Assembly: GCA_963749525.1 (NCBI GenBank)
Contig: CAVVNC010000032.1
Span: 8,693-72,692, forward strand
Length of the DNA stretch: 64,000 nt
Direction of reading: 5' to 3'
DNA from: an uncultured delta proteobacterium
Lineage (GTDB): Bacteria > Desulfobacterota > Syntrophorhabdia > Syntrophorhabdales > WCHB1-27
Of this stretch, positions 21,741 to 31,661 are shown in pieces; positions within the stretch are counted from its first letter, which is position 1, and the number at the start of each line of letters is the position of its first letter. The notes under the pieces were generated by a model, which searched no databases, was not told where the DNA came from, and saw only the letters and a list, made by a program, of their open reading frames with translations. A program made the translations under genes and the position numbers.

Positions 21741-22433
21741 CTATTCTTTGCCGACGAGCCGGTAGCCCACACCCGGCTCCGTGACGATGAGGCTCGGCTG
21801 GGAAGGGTCGGCCTCGATCTTTCGCCGCAGACTGGCCACATAGATGCGCAGATAGTGCGTCTCTGCTTCAGAGTTCGGCCCCCACACGGCCCGGAGCACC
21901 TGGCTGTGGGTCACGACCCTGTCCGCCTGGAGGGCGAGATACTTGAGGATCTCGTACTCCGTCGGGGTGAGGTGCACTTCCTCTCCCTTGAGGAGCACTT
22001 TTCGACGGAGTAGATCGACAACGAGGTCGCCAAAGGCAAGCACAGGCTCGGTCTCAGGCCGCGCGGCGTGCCGAAGAGCAACCCTCACGCGCGCGAGGAG
22101 CTCCCCCATGCTGAACGGCTTCGTGACGTAGTCATCCGCCCCGGCGTCGAGGGCCTTGATCTTGTCCTTTTCGTCTTCCCTGACTGACAGGACGATAATT
22201 GGGACCGTGGTCCATTCCCGTAGGCGCCTGATGATCTCCGTGCCGTCGAGATCGGGAAGGCCGAGATCGAGGACGACCAGGTCCGGACGGAATATCGCCG
22301 CCCGGTTTAAGGCCTCGAAGCCTGAGGCTGCAGAGTCGACCTCGTAGCCGTGGCTCGGCAGGGCAGTCTCGAGGACCCGGCGAATCTGCCTTTCGTCGTC
22401 CACCACGAGAATCCTGGCAGCGGCATCAGCCAT
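21741..22433 (-). CDS. kdpE: OmpR-family response regulator KdpE
   Basis: 230-aa ORF with receiver (VLDLGLPDLDG) and winged-helix (LTPTEYEILKYLA...GVGYRL) domains. Overlaps the kdpD stop by 8 nt. Confidence 0.9.
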   Translation of the reverse strand: MADAAARILVVDDERQIRRVLETALPSHGYEVDSAASGFEALNRAAIFRPDLVVLDLGLPDLDGTEIIRRLREWTTVPIIVLSVREDEKDKIKALDAGADDYVTKPFSMGELLARVRVALRHAARPETEPVLAFGDLVVDLLRRKVLLKGEEVHLTPTEYEILKYLALQADRVVTHSQVLRAVWGPNSEAETHYLRIYVASLRRKIEADPSQPSLIVTEPGVGYRLVGKE

Positions 22434-24036
22434 GGCTTGTCTCCTCTCCGGTCTCGGGTTGTTTGGAAGGCTGATCAGGCACGGGCAGGGAAAAGGTAAA
22501 CCGATTGCCCGAGCCGGGGAACGAATCGGCCCAGATCATGCCCCCGTGGGCTTCGACAATGCCTTTGCAGATGGACAGGCCGAGACCCGTCCCACCGGCG
22601 TCGCCCGGGCCCCGGAGACGATAGAACTTGTCGAAGATGTGCTGCCGCTCGGAGGCCGGGATGGACGGGCTGCTGTCGGCCACGATCACCACGACTGACT
22701 TGTTGCTCCCGTGGGCCGATACGGTGATGGGGCTTTCCGGGGGAGAGTACTTCGCTGCGTTTTCCAGCAGGTTGATCAGCACGTGCTCGATGAGGGCAAA
22801 ATCGACGTTGACAAGAGGGAGGTCCGGGGGAATGTCGATGCTCAGGGGGTGTCCCTGCAAGGCATCCCTTATCTCCCGCAAGCAGACGCCGACGATATCC
22901 TGCACGTCCCACCACTCCCTGCTCAGCTTGAGCACGCCGCTTTGAAGGCGGGTCATGTCGAGGAGGTTTGCCACGAAGCGATCCATGCGGAGGGCTCCCT
23001 CTTTTATGGTATCCAAAAGGACCTTTCTTGACGCGTCGTCATAGGCGTTTTCCCCGGCGAGAAGGCCTGTAACCGCCCCCGTTATCGACGAGAGGGGGGT
23101 GCGCAGATCGTGGGAGATCGAATCGAGGAGGGCCTTGTGCAGCTTCTCCGACTCCGCGAGCCACTGCGCCTTTTCGGCCTCCTGGCCGAGTCTCACACGG
23201 ATGATGGCGGCTGCGGCAAGGTTCGCAAAGGCCTCGATGAGCTGTCCCTGATCGGAAGAGAGGGCGCCCCTTTGAGACTCGAGCTTGATGACGAGGGCAG
23301 CTAGGGTCAGCTTGCCGGCCTTGACCGGAAAGACCAGCTCGGCGGCCTCCCTGAGGGTCTCCGTTCCCCTCCCGGCCCTCTTGCCCTGCTCCAGGACCCA
23401 ATGCACCACGGCCCGCTCCTTGTCGCCGTATAGTGCTGCGTCCGGCGGATATGAGGCCACGGGGCTTAAGGCCCCGTCCTCAGCAGCGGGCATGATAATC
23501 GACACCTGGCCGCCCACCGTCTCCGCAACTGTCTTCGAGAACGCCTTCAACACCTCGTCAAGGTCCGCCTTCGCGGCTATCTGACGGCTCAGGGAGTAGA
23601 GGGCCAGGGTCCTCTTCTCTTCCTGCCTTGTCTTTTCGAGCTCGTCGCGGAGCCTCGTCGCCATGCTCGCGGTGACGAGGCCGACGATGAGAAAGATGAC
23701 GAATGTAAGGATATACTTGACGTCGTTCACCGTGAAGCTGAACAAGGGGGGCACAAAGAAAAAATCGAATGAGAGCACGCCCAGAAGGGAGGCAAGGAGC
23801 GAGGGACCCCTGCCCCAGCGAACGGCGCTCACGAGCACCGGGAGGAGATAGAAGAGGGCAACGTTGGTGATGTCGAAGAAAGGGCTGATCGCCTTTCCCA
23901 CGGCGGTTATCAAGGCCACGCCGAGGACGGACCAGAGATACTGCTTCGCCTTTTCGGCTGCAGAAGGGAGACCGCTGTCGATCGCGGCGAAGCGCTCCTT
24001 CTCTGCGTCCGTTGAAGCTTGGCCCATGTCCGTCAT
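22426..24036 (-). CDS. kdpD: KdpD-type sensor histidine kinase, short form (membrane DUF4118-like + GAF-like + HisKA + HATPase; no N-terminal KdpD/Usp module)
   Basis: 536 aa. N-terminal TM bundle LWSVLGVALITAV...FDFFFVPP, H-box SISHDLRTPLSSI, N/G boxes NLLENAAKY, GTGLGLSICKGIVEAHGG. Confidence 0.85.
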   Translation of the reverse strand: MTDMGQASTDAEKERFAAIDSGLPSAAEKAKQYLWSVLGVALITAVGKAISPFFDITNVALFYLLPVLVSAVRWGRGPSLLASLLGVLSFDFFFVPPLFSFTVNDVKYILTFVIFLIVGLVTASMATRLRDELEKTRQEEKRTLALYSLSRQIAAKADLDEVLKAFSKTVAETVGGQVSIIMPAAEDGALSPVASYPPDAALYGDKERAVVHWVLEQGKRAGRGTETLREAAELVFPVKAGKLTLAALVIKLESQRGALSSDQGQLIEAFANLAAAAIIRVRLGQEAEKAQWLAESEKLHKALLDSISHDLRTPLSSITGAVTGLLAGENAYDDASRKVLLDTIKEGALRMDRFVANLLDMTRLQSGVLKLSREWWDVQDIVGVCLREIRDALQGHPLSIDIPPDLPLVNVDFALIEHVLINLLENAAKYSPPESPITVSAHGSNKSVVVIVADSSPSIPASERQHIFDKFYRLRGPGDAGGTGLGLSICKGIVEAHGGMIWADSFPGSGNRFTFSLPVPDQPSKQPETGEETSHG

Positions 24037-24903
24037 CGGTTCAGTGTCGCCTCACCTATCTGTTGGGGGATGTTCTCTCGGCAACTGCATGCCTCTTTTT
24101 GAGTTCTCGATATTGAGAATGTGACGCAGACCGACCTTTGAGCCGGCTTTGAAGGCTTTTCGAGATCATTGCATCTCTTTTCCGGAGTCGGCCCGTCTCC
24201 TTCAATGCCAGCCTTTCAAGAGTATCATCATGTTATAAACCTTGATATTGGCCGATCATGTACTATATGTGATGCTCCTGCCCTTTATTGTCAAGGGACA
24301 TATCGTTTACCCCTCACAGTCAGCTTGACGAAATCTGATGAAATCTGACGGTTTGAAGACATTTTGGCTCAACACCCATGGCAATGGATCGATCTGCCTC
24401 GCTTGCGCGAAAATGACCAAAGCGGATATTCTTGACTCGCCGATGCATTTTGAGGCCTCAGGCGCCCCTAAAGCGATACGCCGACGCATCCGGGGATCAG
24501 CCGATCTCTTTAGGACTTCCCGCAAAAAGGGCATGAACGAAGGCAACACAAACACCACTAAATCACAAAACCGAGGCCCGGTCAATGCTCCGCCGCCGTG
24601 CCCTTTCCTATTCGGGCGGGGAGCCCCGGCCAACTCATGCGCCTTCTCCTCTTCGGATAAGATAGCACAATGCTAATAGCACGTCAACGAGAAAAGTGAT
24701 GAATGGGATGAAGGCGGGGTGAGGCCCCGGAGCTAACTGGGCAAGCCAAAGGAGACATTCCCCTAAAAGGTCCGAAGGAGGGTACTTTGGCGGCAATAAA
24801 CTCGGACGGACAAACGTCTACACGGATATGGCGCGTTTTTCGCGCTTTCCTCCGGGATGGTTAGAGCCCGGTGCGATTGAGACGTGAGGATGTGAGGCTG
24901 GAG

Positions 24904-25677
24904 ATGAGGAGCCCAAAGGCAGACTACGGAATAGATGCGCCCGCTGTTGTGCGGAACTTGGTCTTTGGGGGAGTGATTGTCGGCATCGCAGGCGCACTCC
25001 TCTATGGGATAATGGTTCCAGTCTGGCCGATCGCAGGGACGCTCCTCTCGGTCGCAGCATTCGTGTCGGCAGCCTGCTTGCTCGTCACCGGAGGGTTGAT
25101 GGTGTGGAGCAGCAAGTACGGGAAGCTCCGCGAGCGGGAGCGCCTCATTGACACTCTGGGACTGGCCGGCAGCGAGAAGGTGGTCGACGTGGGCTGCGGA
25201 CGCGGTCTTCTACTCATCGGCGTGGCCCGGCGTCTTCGTGACGGAAGGGCCTTCGGCATAGACCTCTGGCAGAGCATCGACCAATCGGGCAACACCCCGG
25301 AAGCAACCATGGCAAACGCGAAAGCCGAAGGCGTCGCCGACCGTGTGGACATAAGAACAGCCGATATGCGCGACCTGCCCTTTCCTGACGGGTCCATGGA
25401 TTGCGCGATATCGAGCATCGCCATCCATAACGTCCCCGGAGAGGACGGACGGGCAAAAGCCATCACGGAAATCGCGCGGGTACTAAAAGCCGGGGGCAGG
25501 CTCGCGATACAGGACCTCCGCGCTACCGGCGAATACGTCAAAACCCTGCAAGACCTGGGGTGGAAGGACGTCGAGGTGTCAGGATTGAATTTCATGATAT
25601 TCCCACCCGTTCGCATAGTAACGGGACGTAAGCCGGAAACGATCCGGAGCAGCGAAGACTTCCGCCTCAGAACTTGA
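24904..25677 (+). CDS. class I SAM-dependent methyltransferase with two N-terminal TM helices
   Basis: ORF 24871..25677, with ATG at 24904 the more likely start. VVDVGCGRGLL motif I, LKAGGRLAIQD. Confidence 0.75.
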   Translation: MRSPKADYGIDAPAVVRNLVFGGVIVGIAGALLYGIMVPVWPIAGTLLSVAAFVSAACLLVTGGLMVWSSKYGKLRERERLIDTLGLAGSEKVVDVGCGRGLLLIGVARRLRDGRAFGIDLWQSIDQSGNTPEATMANAKAEGVADRVDIRTADMRDLPFPDGSMDCAISSIAIHNVPGEDGRAKAITEIARVLKAGGRLAIQDLRATGEYVKTLQDLGWKDVEVSGLNFMIFPPVRIVTGRKPETIRSSEDFRLRT

Positions 25678-25771
25678 TAGCTCCTCGAAAGCTCCGCAAT
25701 GTTGCAGGTTTGCCTTCTCTTGACAGTGGCGTATGCCATTCTCCATATTAATTGACACGGTGGAGCGGAAA

Positions 25772-26299
25772 ATGAGCCCGATTATAGAGACGCGGCGCCT
25801 GGAGATAAGCAAACTGATTGTCGATGATATCGACTTGCTGTACCAACTCACCGGGGATAGGGAAGTCATGAAATTCTTCCCCCACGTTTTGAGTTATGGC
25901 GAGACCAGGCAAATGCTCGACGAAATCCTGGATCACTATGAGAGGTACGGTCATTGCTTTTGGAAGGTCCTGTTGAAATCGAGCGGGGATTTCGTCGGTA
26001 TTGCCGGGCTTCTTCATCAAGAAATCGACGGGGAAGCGGAGACCGAGATATCCTATCGCATCAGACGGGATTACTGGAACAACGGATATGCAACGGAAGC
26101 GGCGCACGCATGCAAGGAATATGGAGAGGGCACATTGGGGAAGAAGAGGCTCATATCCCTTATCCTTCCCCGGAACAACGCCTCAAAGCGGGTAGCAGAA
26201 AAGCTCGGCGCGAAAAAAGCGACATCAGTCATATTCATGGAGGAAGTACACGACGTGTATGTCTATTATTGGGGTTCAGCGCCCCCTCCACAGGCATAA
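25772..26299 (+). CDS. GNAT-family N-acetyltransferase (RimJ/RimL-like)
   Basis: ORF 25733..26299. MSPIIETRRLEI start, RDYWNNGYATEAA motif. The last ~10 codons and the stop lie inside REP-2 copy 1. Confidence 0.8.
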   Translation: MSPIIETRRLEISKLIVDDIDLLYQLTGDREVMKFFPHVLSYGETRQMLDEILDHYERYGHCFWKVLLKSSGDFVGIAGLLHQEIDGEAETEISYRIRRDYWNNGYATEAAHACKEYGEGTLGKKRLISLILPRNNASKRVAEKLGAKKATSVIFMEEVHDVYVYYWGSAPPPQA

Positions 26300-26343
26300 G
26301 CCTGCGGAGCCTCCCCGCTCACCCTCGCTCACGCTCGGTCAGG
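26265..26343 (+). repeat. REP-2 copy 1 (hairpin CTCCACAGGC-ATAA-GCCTGCGGAG)
   Basis: ATTATTGGGGTTCAGCGCCCCCTCCACAGGCATAAGCCTGCGGAGCCTCCCCGCTCACCCTCGC... recurs at 31975 and, reverse-complemented, at 55210. Confidence 0.85.
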
Positions 26344-26406
26344 CCCGCCAAGGGACGGCCCTCTGTCAAGGGTCTCAACCTCGATGCCTTCCCGCCCTAA
26401 AAAGAC

Positions 26407-27075
26407 CTAACAGGCGAGGTGCAGGAGCTTTCCGTTTCTTCCCCGTCCTGTTGCCGGCGGCCCGTTCAGCCTCTCGTATTTCTCTTTGATTCTGTTGCGG
26501 ATCTTTACCACGCTCACGTGCGAGATGCCCAGCTTCTTCCCGATCTCCCTTGTCGTCATACCTTCGAGGCTGAACGAGAGCACATCCTTCTCCCTCTGGG
26601 TGATGCCGCCCTCTGCCATGGCCTCTATCTGGAGGCTCCCATCAATCTCATCGTAGGAGGCAAGGGTCTTGGCAACGAGCGTCTCTTCGAGGCGCGCCCC
26701 ATCCTCGTCGGGAATGCTGCTGAGGCTAAGCAATACCGCGGAATCGCGGGTCTTCCTTATGTAGTTCTTGAGATGGAAATAGCAGCCCTGGAGTATGTAG
26801 CTGTCCGTCTTGTCATCCAGATCGCCCAGCTTGAAACGGGACCAGAGGTGGATGAGGGCCTCCTGAAAGAGGTCCTGGTCGTCCACGAACGAGAAGTGGC
26901 AGTCGAGCTTGCCCGCGATCCTCCTGAGAGTAGGAGACAACTTCCTCACGAGGATTTCGAAGGACGCAACGCTCGCTTCCGGATTTTCCTGCTTCGCTTG
27001 CTCCCCGGGCCCTTCCGCGAATGTCCCTGCCATTGTTCTTCTTGCCCTTGCCAGGGCGGTTCCCAGTGCTGCCAT
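26407..27075 (-). CDS. sigma-70 family (ECF-like) factor with LuxR-type region 4
   Basis: DQDLFQEALIHLW (region 2) and ITQREKDVLSFSLEGMTTREIGKKLGISHVSVVKIRNRI (HTH). Confidence 0.7.
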   Translation of the reverse strand: MAALGTALARARRTMAGTFAEGPGEQAKQENPEASVASFEILVRKLSPTLRRIAGKLDCHFSFVDDQDLFQEALIHLWSRFKLGDLDDKTDSYILQGCYFHLKNYIRKTRDSAVLLSLSSIPDEDGARLEETLVAKTLASYDEIDGSLQIEAMAEGGITQREKDVLSFSLEGMTTREIGKKLGISHVSVVKIRNRIKEKYERLNGPPATGRGRNGKLLHLAC

Positions 27076-27265
27076 GTCCTTTTGCCCCCTTGGGCAACCA
27101 CAAAAAAGGCGCCCTAATCTCCACTTTGGAGTTAGGACGCCTCAGTCCTTCAGCTTCGTTTCGCTATCTCTTAACGGTGCCGATAAAAGACATCAGTGTC
27201 TTTTATTTCTTCAAGTATAGCCTTGCGCGCCTCTCATGTCAAGTATTGTTCGCGCCTCAACGTCT

Positions 27266-28490
27266 CTACCGCCGTATGTCGGCCGCCATGATGATGGCTT
27301 CGGCCACTTCGCGCATGCTCTTGCGGAGGTCCATGCTCTTCTTGTGGATCTTCCTGTACGCGTCGTCTTCCCCGATGGCGAGCTCCTTCATGAGCACGCC
27401 CTTCGCCCTCTCGACGATCTTCCTCGTCTCCAGGGCCTCTTTTGCGGAGAGTATTTCCTGATCGAGACGCGTGTTCTCGATCGCGACTGCAGCCTGGTTT
27501 GCGATGGCCTGAAGGATGCCGATCTCCTCGTCCGAGAACTTGTATTCTCTCTGGGTATAGCTGTTGATGACGCCGATGACCCTGTCCTTGATCATCATGG
27601 GCACACAGATCATGGAGATCACGCCCTCTTTCCGGGCCACCTCCGGATACATGTAGCCCGCCTCTTTCGTCACGTCCAGCACACTGATGGGCCTCTTTTC
27701 GATGACCACCCTCCCGGCTATCGATTGGCCGATCTTGAGGTTCGGCTTGCTTAAGTAGGCCGGGCTCAAGCTCTGTGTGGCTGCGATGACCAATTCCTGC
27801 TTCTTCTCATCGAGGAGCATGATGGAGCAGATCTTCGATCCCATCACCTGGGCGGTCATGGTGACGATGAGCTGGAGGATTTCCTTCAGGTAGTAATCCG
27901 ATACGATGGTGCGGCTGACCTCCGAGAGGAGATCGAGCTGCTTGGCCTTCTTGTTCACCTCATCGTAGATCATGGCATTCTGAATGGCGCTGCCGAGGTA
28001 CTTGGAGACGGTGAAGAGCAGGTTTATCTGGCTCTGCGGGATATTCGTGCTCCTTCTTATGGTGGACGTTCATCACCCCGATGATCTCGTCCTTGGACAG
28101 AATCGGCAGCGCGAGAAAGGCCTCGAACCTGTCCTCGGCCAGATTGGTGAAGCTCTTGAACCTCGGATCTTTGTACGCCATGCTCGACAGAGCGACCGGC
28201 TTCTTCTCCCGGGCGGCCCATCCGGTCACGCCTTCACCGAGCTTCAGCGTGATCTCGCCGACAATATCCCGCTGCCCGGCATTGGCCGCCTTCAGGCTTA
28301 GCCGATCATTCTGCCCGTCATAGAGGTAGATGAAGCAGGAGTCTGCGCCCGTGACGTTGATGACCATCTCCACGATGTGGGAGAGAAGGTCATTCAGCTC
28401 GAGATTGCTGCTGATGTGCTGCGCCACCTGGTGAAGAATCGACAACTCCTGGTCCTTCCAGGTCTGTTTCTGCACTGCCTTTGCGGTCAT
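27266..28490 (-). CDS. GAF-GAF-ANTAR RNA-binding antiterminator-type regulator (frameshift near 28065)
   Basis: ORFs 27960..28490 (GAF) and 27266..27973 (GAF + ANTAR: ALETRKIVERAKGVLMKELAIGEDDAYRKIHKKSMDLRKSMREVAEAII) join through ...RRSTNIPQSQINLLFTVSKYLGSAIQNAMIYDEV. Confidence 0.75.
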
Positions 28491-28697
28491 GAGGTCCCCA
28501 CGTCGAGGTCGAATCTAAAGAACGGGTGCGTTTTATCTTATTTTATCCATTCATCTTTGTCAACATTTGGCAGAGACGGGTGCGGAAGGTGTGGCCGGCG
28601 ATGAGCCGCTTCAACCGGGGACAGCCGCCGAAGGAAAACTATTTCATAATGGCTTTCGTTGTGATAAAAGAATAGGCACCAAAGGAAGAAAGAGAGA

Positions 28698-29729
28698 ATG
28701 ACGCGCGATCATCACGACATGGAGACGCTCCTCGAGGACCTCAAGAGTACGGACTGGGAGAAGCGCTTCAAGGCAACGGAAGTCCTGGGCAAGTTACGGC
28801 GTTCGAGGGCGGTGAAGCCCCTGATAGAGGCCCTCAAGGATGAGGACGAGTACGTGAGGGAAGGGGCTGCCTGGGCCCTCGGAGAGATCAACCACAAGTT
28901 GGCTGTTGAGCCGCTCATAGAGGCCCTCGACGATCCGGATAGGTATGTGAGGGAAGGGGCCATTGCGTCCCTGGGCAAGATAAAAGACGAGAGGGCGGTT
29001 AAGCCGCTGATATCGGCCCTCAAGGATGGGGAAGAATCGGTGAGGAGGGCCGCCGAGGCCGCTGTTTCAGCCCTCGGCGAGATGGCCCTGGAAGGTGTGG
29101 TCAAGCTCCTCGATGACCAGGATTGGGACGTGAGATGGAGGGTCACCCATATCCTCGGCGGGATAAAGAGCGCCGCTGTTCTCGCCCCCTTGTGCGCCGC
29201 CATGAAAGATGAAAATAAGTATGTCCGGGAAGGGGCAGTGGCAGCCCTTGGGGAGACCAAGGACGGAAGGGCGGTCGAGGCCCTTGTCGAGGCCTTGGGC
29301 GACGGGAACAAGTACGTCCGGGAAGAGGCGGTAAACTCTCTGGGAGAGCTTCGAGACAAGAGGGCTGTCGAGGCCCTCGTTGCCGCCCTGGAGGACCAGG
29401 ACTGGGGCGTCCGTTGGGGGGCTGTGAACGCCCTCGGCGAGATCAGGGACGCGAAGGCCATAGGGCCCCTTGTGCGGACCCTCAAGGACGAGGCCCGGTA
29501 TGTGCGCGAAGGCGCGGCCCTTGCCCTGTCGAGGATAGGGAAGCGCGCGGTCCCGGTCCTTATCCAATCGCTCACCGACAAGGACCGGAACATACGGCGC
29601 TGGGCTGCCTGGACCCTCGGGAAGATAAAGGACGAGAGGGCTGCCCGCCACCTCATCACCGCCCTCAATGATGACGACGGAGGCGTACAATTTGCCGCGG
29701 AGATAGCTCTGGCCGAGATGGAGGAGTAA
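28698..29729 (+). CDS. HEAT-repeat (PBS-lyase type) protein
   Basis: 343 aa made of about 10 repeats of the pattern D.D..VR..AA.ALGEI.D.RAV.PLI.AL. Confidence 0.8.
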   Translation: MTRDHHDMETLLEDLKSTDWEKRFKATEVLGKLRRSRAVKPLIEALKDEDEYVREGAAWALGEINHKLAVEPLIEALDDPDRYVREGAIASLGKIKDERAVKPLISALKDGEESVRRAAEAAVSALGEMALEGVVKLLDDQDWDVRWRVTHILGGIKSAAVLAPLCAAMKDENKYVREGAVAALGETKDGRAVEALVEALGDGNKYVREEAVNSLGELRDKRAVEALVAALEDQDWGVRWGAVNALGEIRDAKAIGPLVRTLKDEARYVREGAALALSRIGKRAVPVLIQSLTDKDRNIRRWAAWTLGKIKDERAARHLITALNDDDGGVQFAAEIALAEMEE

Positions 29730-29824
29730 GAAGAGTCGAAAAGGCCAGCCTCGAAGTTGTCCATACCATATCTTTCGAATGCCAAGCAGACAGAAATGAC
29801 GGACCAAAGGGAGGACCTTGAAGG

Positions 29825-30595
29825 GTGATGAAGGTACTCAAATGGCTTTTCCTGCTCATTCTTCTGAGCGTCCTCGGGTGCGTCGCCTTCTATTCCGTTT
29901 ATCCCGATATCGCGCGACTGAAAAGGAAGAACCCCGGGAAGACCGCATTCATGGAGTACAGGGAGCGGGAGTGGAGGAGCAAGGGAAAGGCCATAAAGAT
30001 TCAGCGCAGATGGGTGAGCTATTCGCATATCTCCCCTTACGTGGTAAAGGCCGTGATCATCTCGGAGGATGACAAGTTCTGGTCGCACAAGGGCTTTGAC
30101 CTCGACGCCATGGAAAAGGCCCTTGAAAAGGACATTGAGCAGGGAATGTTCAAATTCGGCGGAAGCACGATAAGCCAGCAACTGGTGAAGAACCTCTACC
30201 TGTCTCCATCGAAGAGCCCATCGAGAAAGCTGGCCGAGGCAGTGATTACGTGGCGCATGGAAAGGACGCTCTCCAAGAGGCGGATTCTGGAGCTCTACCT
30301 GAATGTCGCCGAGTGGGGTGAGGGCGTATTCGGCGTTGAAGCGGCTTCTCTGGCCTACTTCGGGAAACCCGCCTCGTCCCTTGGCCCCGAGGAGGCGGCC
30401 AGGCTCGCGGCGGTGCTCCCCAACCCGCGGCGGTACAAGGCGAACGGTGCGGCCCCCTTCGTGGAGAGGCGGGCCCGGTTGATCTATCGAATAATGGTAC
30501 GGAGGGGCATCGTGGTCAAGGAATATGAGGAAGCGGCGCACGAGGGGGAGAAAGAGTCGCCGTCTCCCACGGGGGAGTATGAGCCTGCCCCGTGA
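29825..30595 (+). CDS. mtgA: monofunctional peptidoglycan glycosyltransferase
   Basis: N-terminal TM, then ISEDDKFWSHKGFD, GGSTISQQLVKN, RKL.E......ME..LSKRRILELYLN (GT51 motifs). Confidence 0.85.
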   Translation: MMKVLKWLFLLILLSVLGCVAFYSVYPDIARLKRKNPGKTAFMEYREREWRSKGKAIKIQRRWVSYSHISPYVVKAVIISEDDKFWSHKGFDLDAMEKALEKDIEQGMFKFGGSTISQQLVKNLYLSPSKSPSRKLAEAVITWRMERTLSKRRILELYLNVAEWGEGVFGVEAASLAYFGKPASSLGPEEAARLAAVLPNPRRYKANGAAPFVERRARLIYRIMVRRGIVVKEYEEAAHEGEKESPSPTGEYEPAP

Positions 30596-31517
30596 GGACG
30601 AGGCGTACGGCACGGTGGCAATACCGGTCGCCGATCTGAGAAGGGAACCGGCAGATGCCCCGGCCACGGATGGGCGTGACGATGGGCGCCAGAGCCAGCT
30701 TCTCTACAACGAGGTGCTCCGCGTCATGGAAGAGCAGGGAGACTGGCTCCGCGTGGAGGCCATAGAGCAGCAGAAGTTCCTCGGCCCTGTCGGGTGGGGC
30801 GGCTATCCCGGTTGGGTGCGGAAAGGGGCGGTGGCGAAGGTGGAGAAGCCCCCGGGCCACAACGCTTCGATCAAGAACGCCCGCGCCGCCGTTGCGGACG
30901 GTCCGTCTCCGAAGGCCGCTCTCCTGTTTTACCTGTCGTTGGGCACGCGGCTGGCGACAAGGGGCGAAACAGAGGGCTTTCTGGAGATCCCATTGCCCGA
31001 TGGAAAGGCAGGCTGGGTTTCGAAGAAGGACGTAGCCGTTACCGCTCCCATGGGTCTTGCCGGGCAATGCATCGGCCCGGAGCTTATTCGTCTGGCCCGC
31101 CTCTTCCTCGGCGTACCTTATCTCTGGGGCGGCCGGAGCATGCCCCTGCCGACATCCCCGACTGACACCGGGGTTGACTGTTCGGGTCTGGTGAACCTCG
31201 TGTTCCGCGCCCTTGGCAAGGATGTGCCCAGGGACGCCTTCGACCTGTGGCTCGCGTCCGATCGGCTCGGCGCGGACGAGCTCCAAGCGGGGGACCTCGT
31301 CTTTCTTTCCCGCGAGGGAGCGCCTGAGTCCATCGACCATGTCCTGCTCTCTCTCGGGGACGAGGAGCTTATCGAAGCGCCGGCCACAGGCGACATCGTC
31401 CGCATACGGTCATTTTCCGACAAGCTGGGATGTGATTTGAGCACGCTCAGGCGGCATGATCATATGATAAAAGGGAGGAAGATCTACTTCGGAAGAATAG
31501 GGCGTTCCACAGAATAA
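30579..31517 (+). CDS. NlpC/P60 (C40) peptidase with SH3-like N-terminal region
   Basis: ORF 30525..31517. YLWGGRS...GVDCSGLVNLVFRALG...GDLVFL...HV.L. The final codons and the TAA stop lie in MITE-1 copy C. Confidence 0.8.
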   Translation: MSLPREDEAYGTVAIPVADLRREPADAPATDGRDDGRQSQLLYNEVLRVMEEQGDWLRVEAIEQQKFLGPVGWGGYPGWVRKGAVAKVEKPPGHNASIKNARAAVADGPSPKAALLFYLSLGTRLATRGETEGFLEIPLPDGKAGWVSKKDVAVTAPMGLAGQCIGPELIRLARLFLGVPYLWGGRSMPLPTSPTDTGVDCSGLVNLVFRALGKDVPRDAFDLWLASDRLGADELQAGDLVFLSREGAPESIDHVLLSLGDEELIEAPATGDIVRIRSFSDKLGCDLSTLRRHDHMIKGRKIYFGRIGRSTE

Positions 31518-31618
31518 AGTAACGATTGCCCCGGCGTAATCTTTCCTAAAGCGGAGCCTAGCGTAGCGAAGGAAAAGATGGAGCCGGTCGGTAACGGGAA
31601 TGAATTCTGCGGAACGCT
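31500..31618 (+). repeat. MITE-1 copy C
   Basis: GGCGTTCCACAGAATAAAGTAACGATTGCCCCGGCGTAATCTTT...GAATTCTGCGGAACGCT is almost identical to copy B. It supplies the stop codon of the upstream gene. Confidence 0.9.
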
Positions 31619-31661
31619 ACAGAGGGGCCGGCGATGCCCTAAAGAATAAAGGGGGATTCGT

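Noticed and set aside
28712-30667. 651-aa minus-strand ORF spanning the HEAT-repeat gene and mtgA
   Set aside because: It is antisense to two genes with clear family signatures. Its Arg/Ser/Pro/Ala-rich low-complexity translation is typical of stop-free antisense frames in GC-rich DNA.
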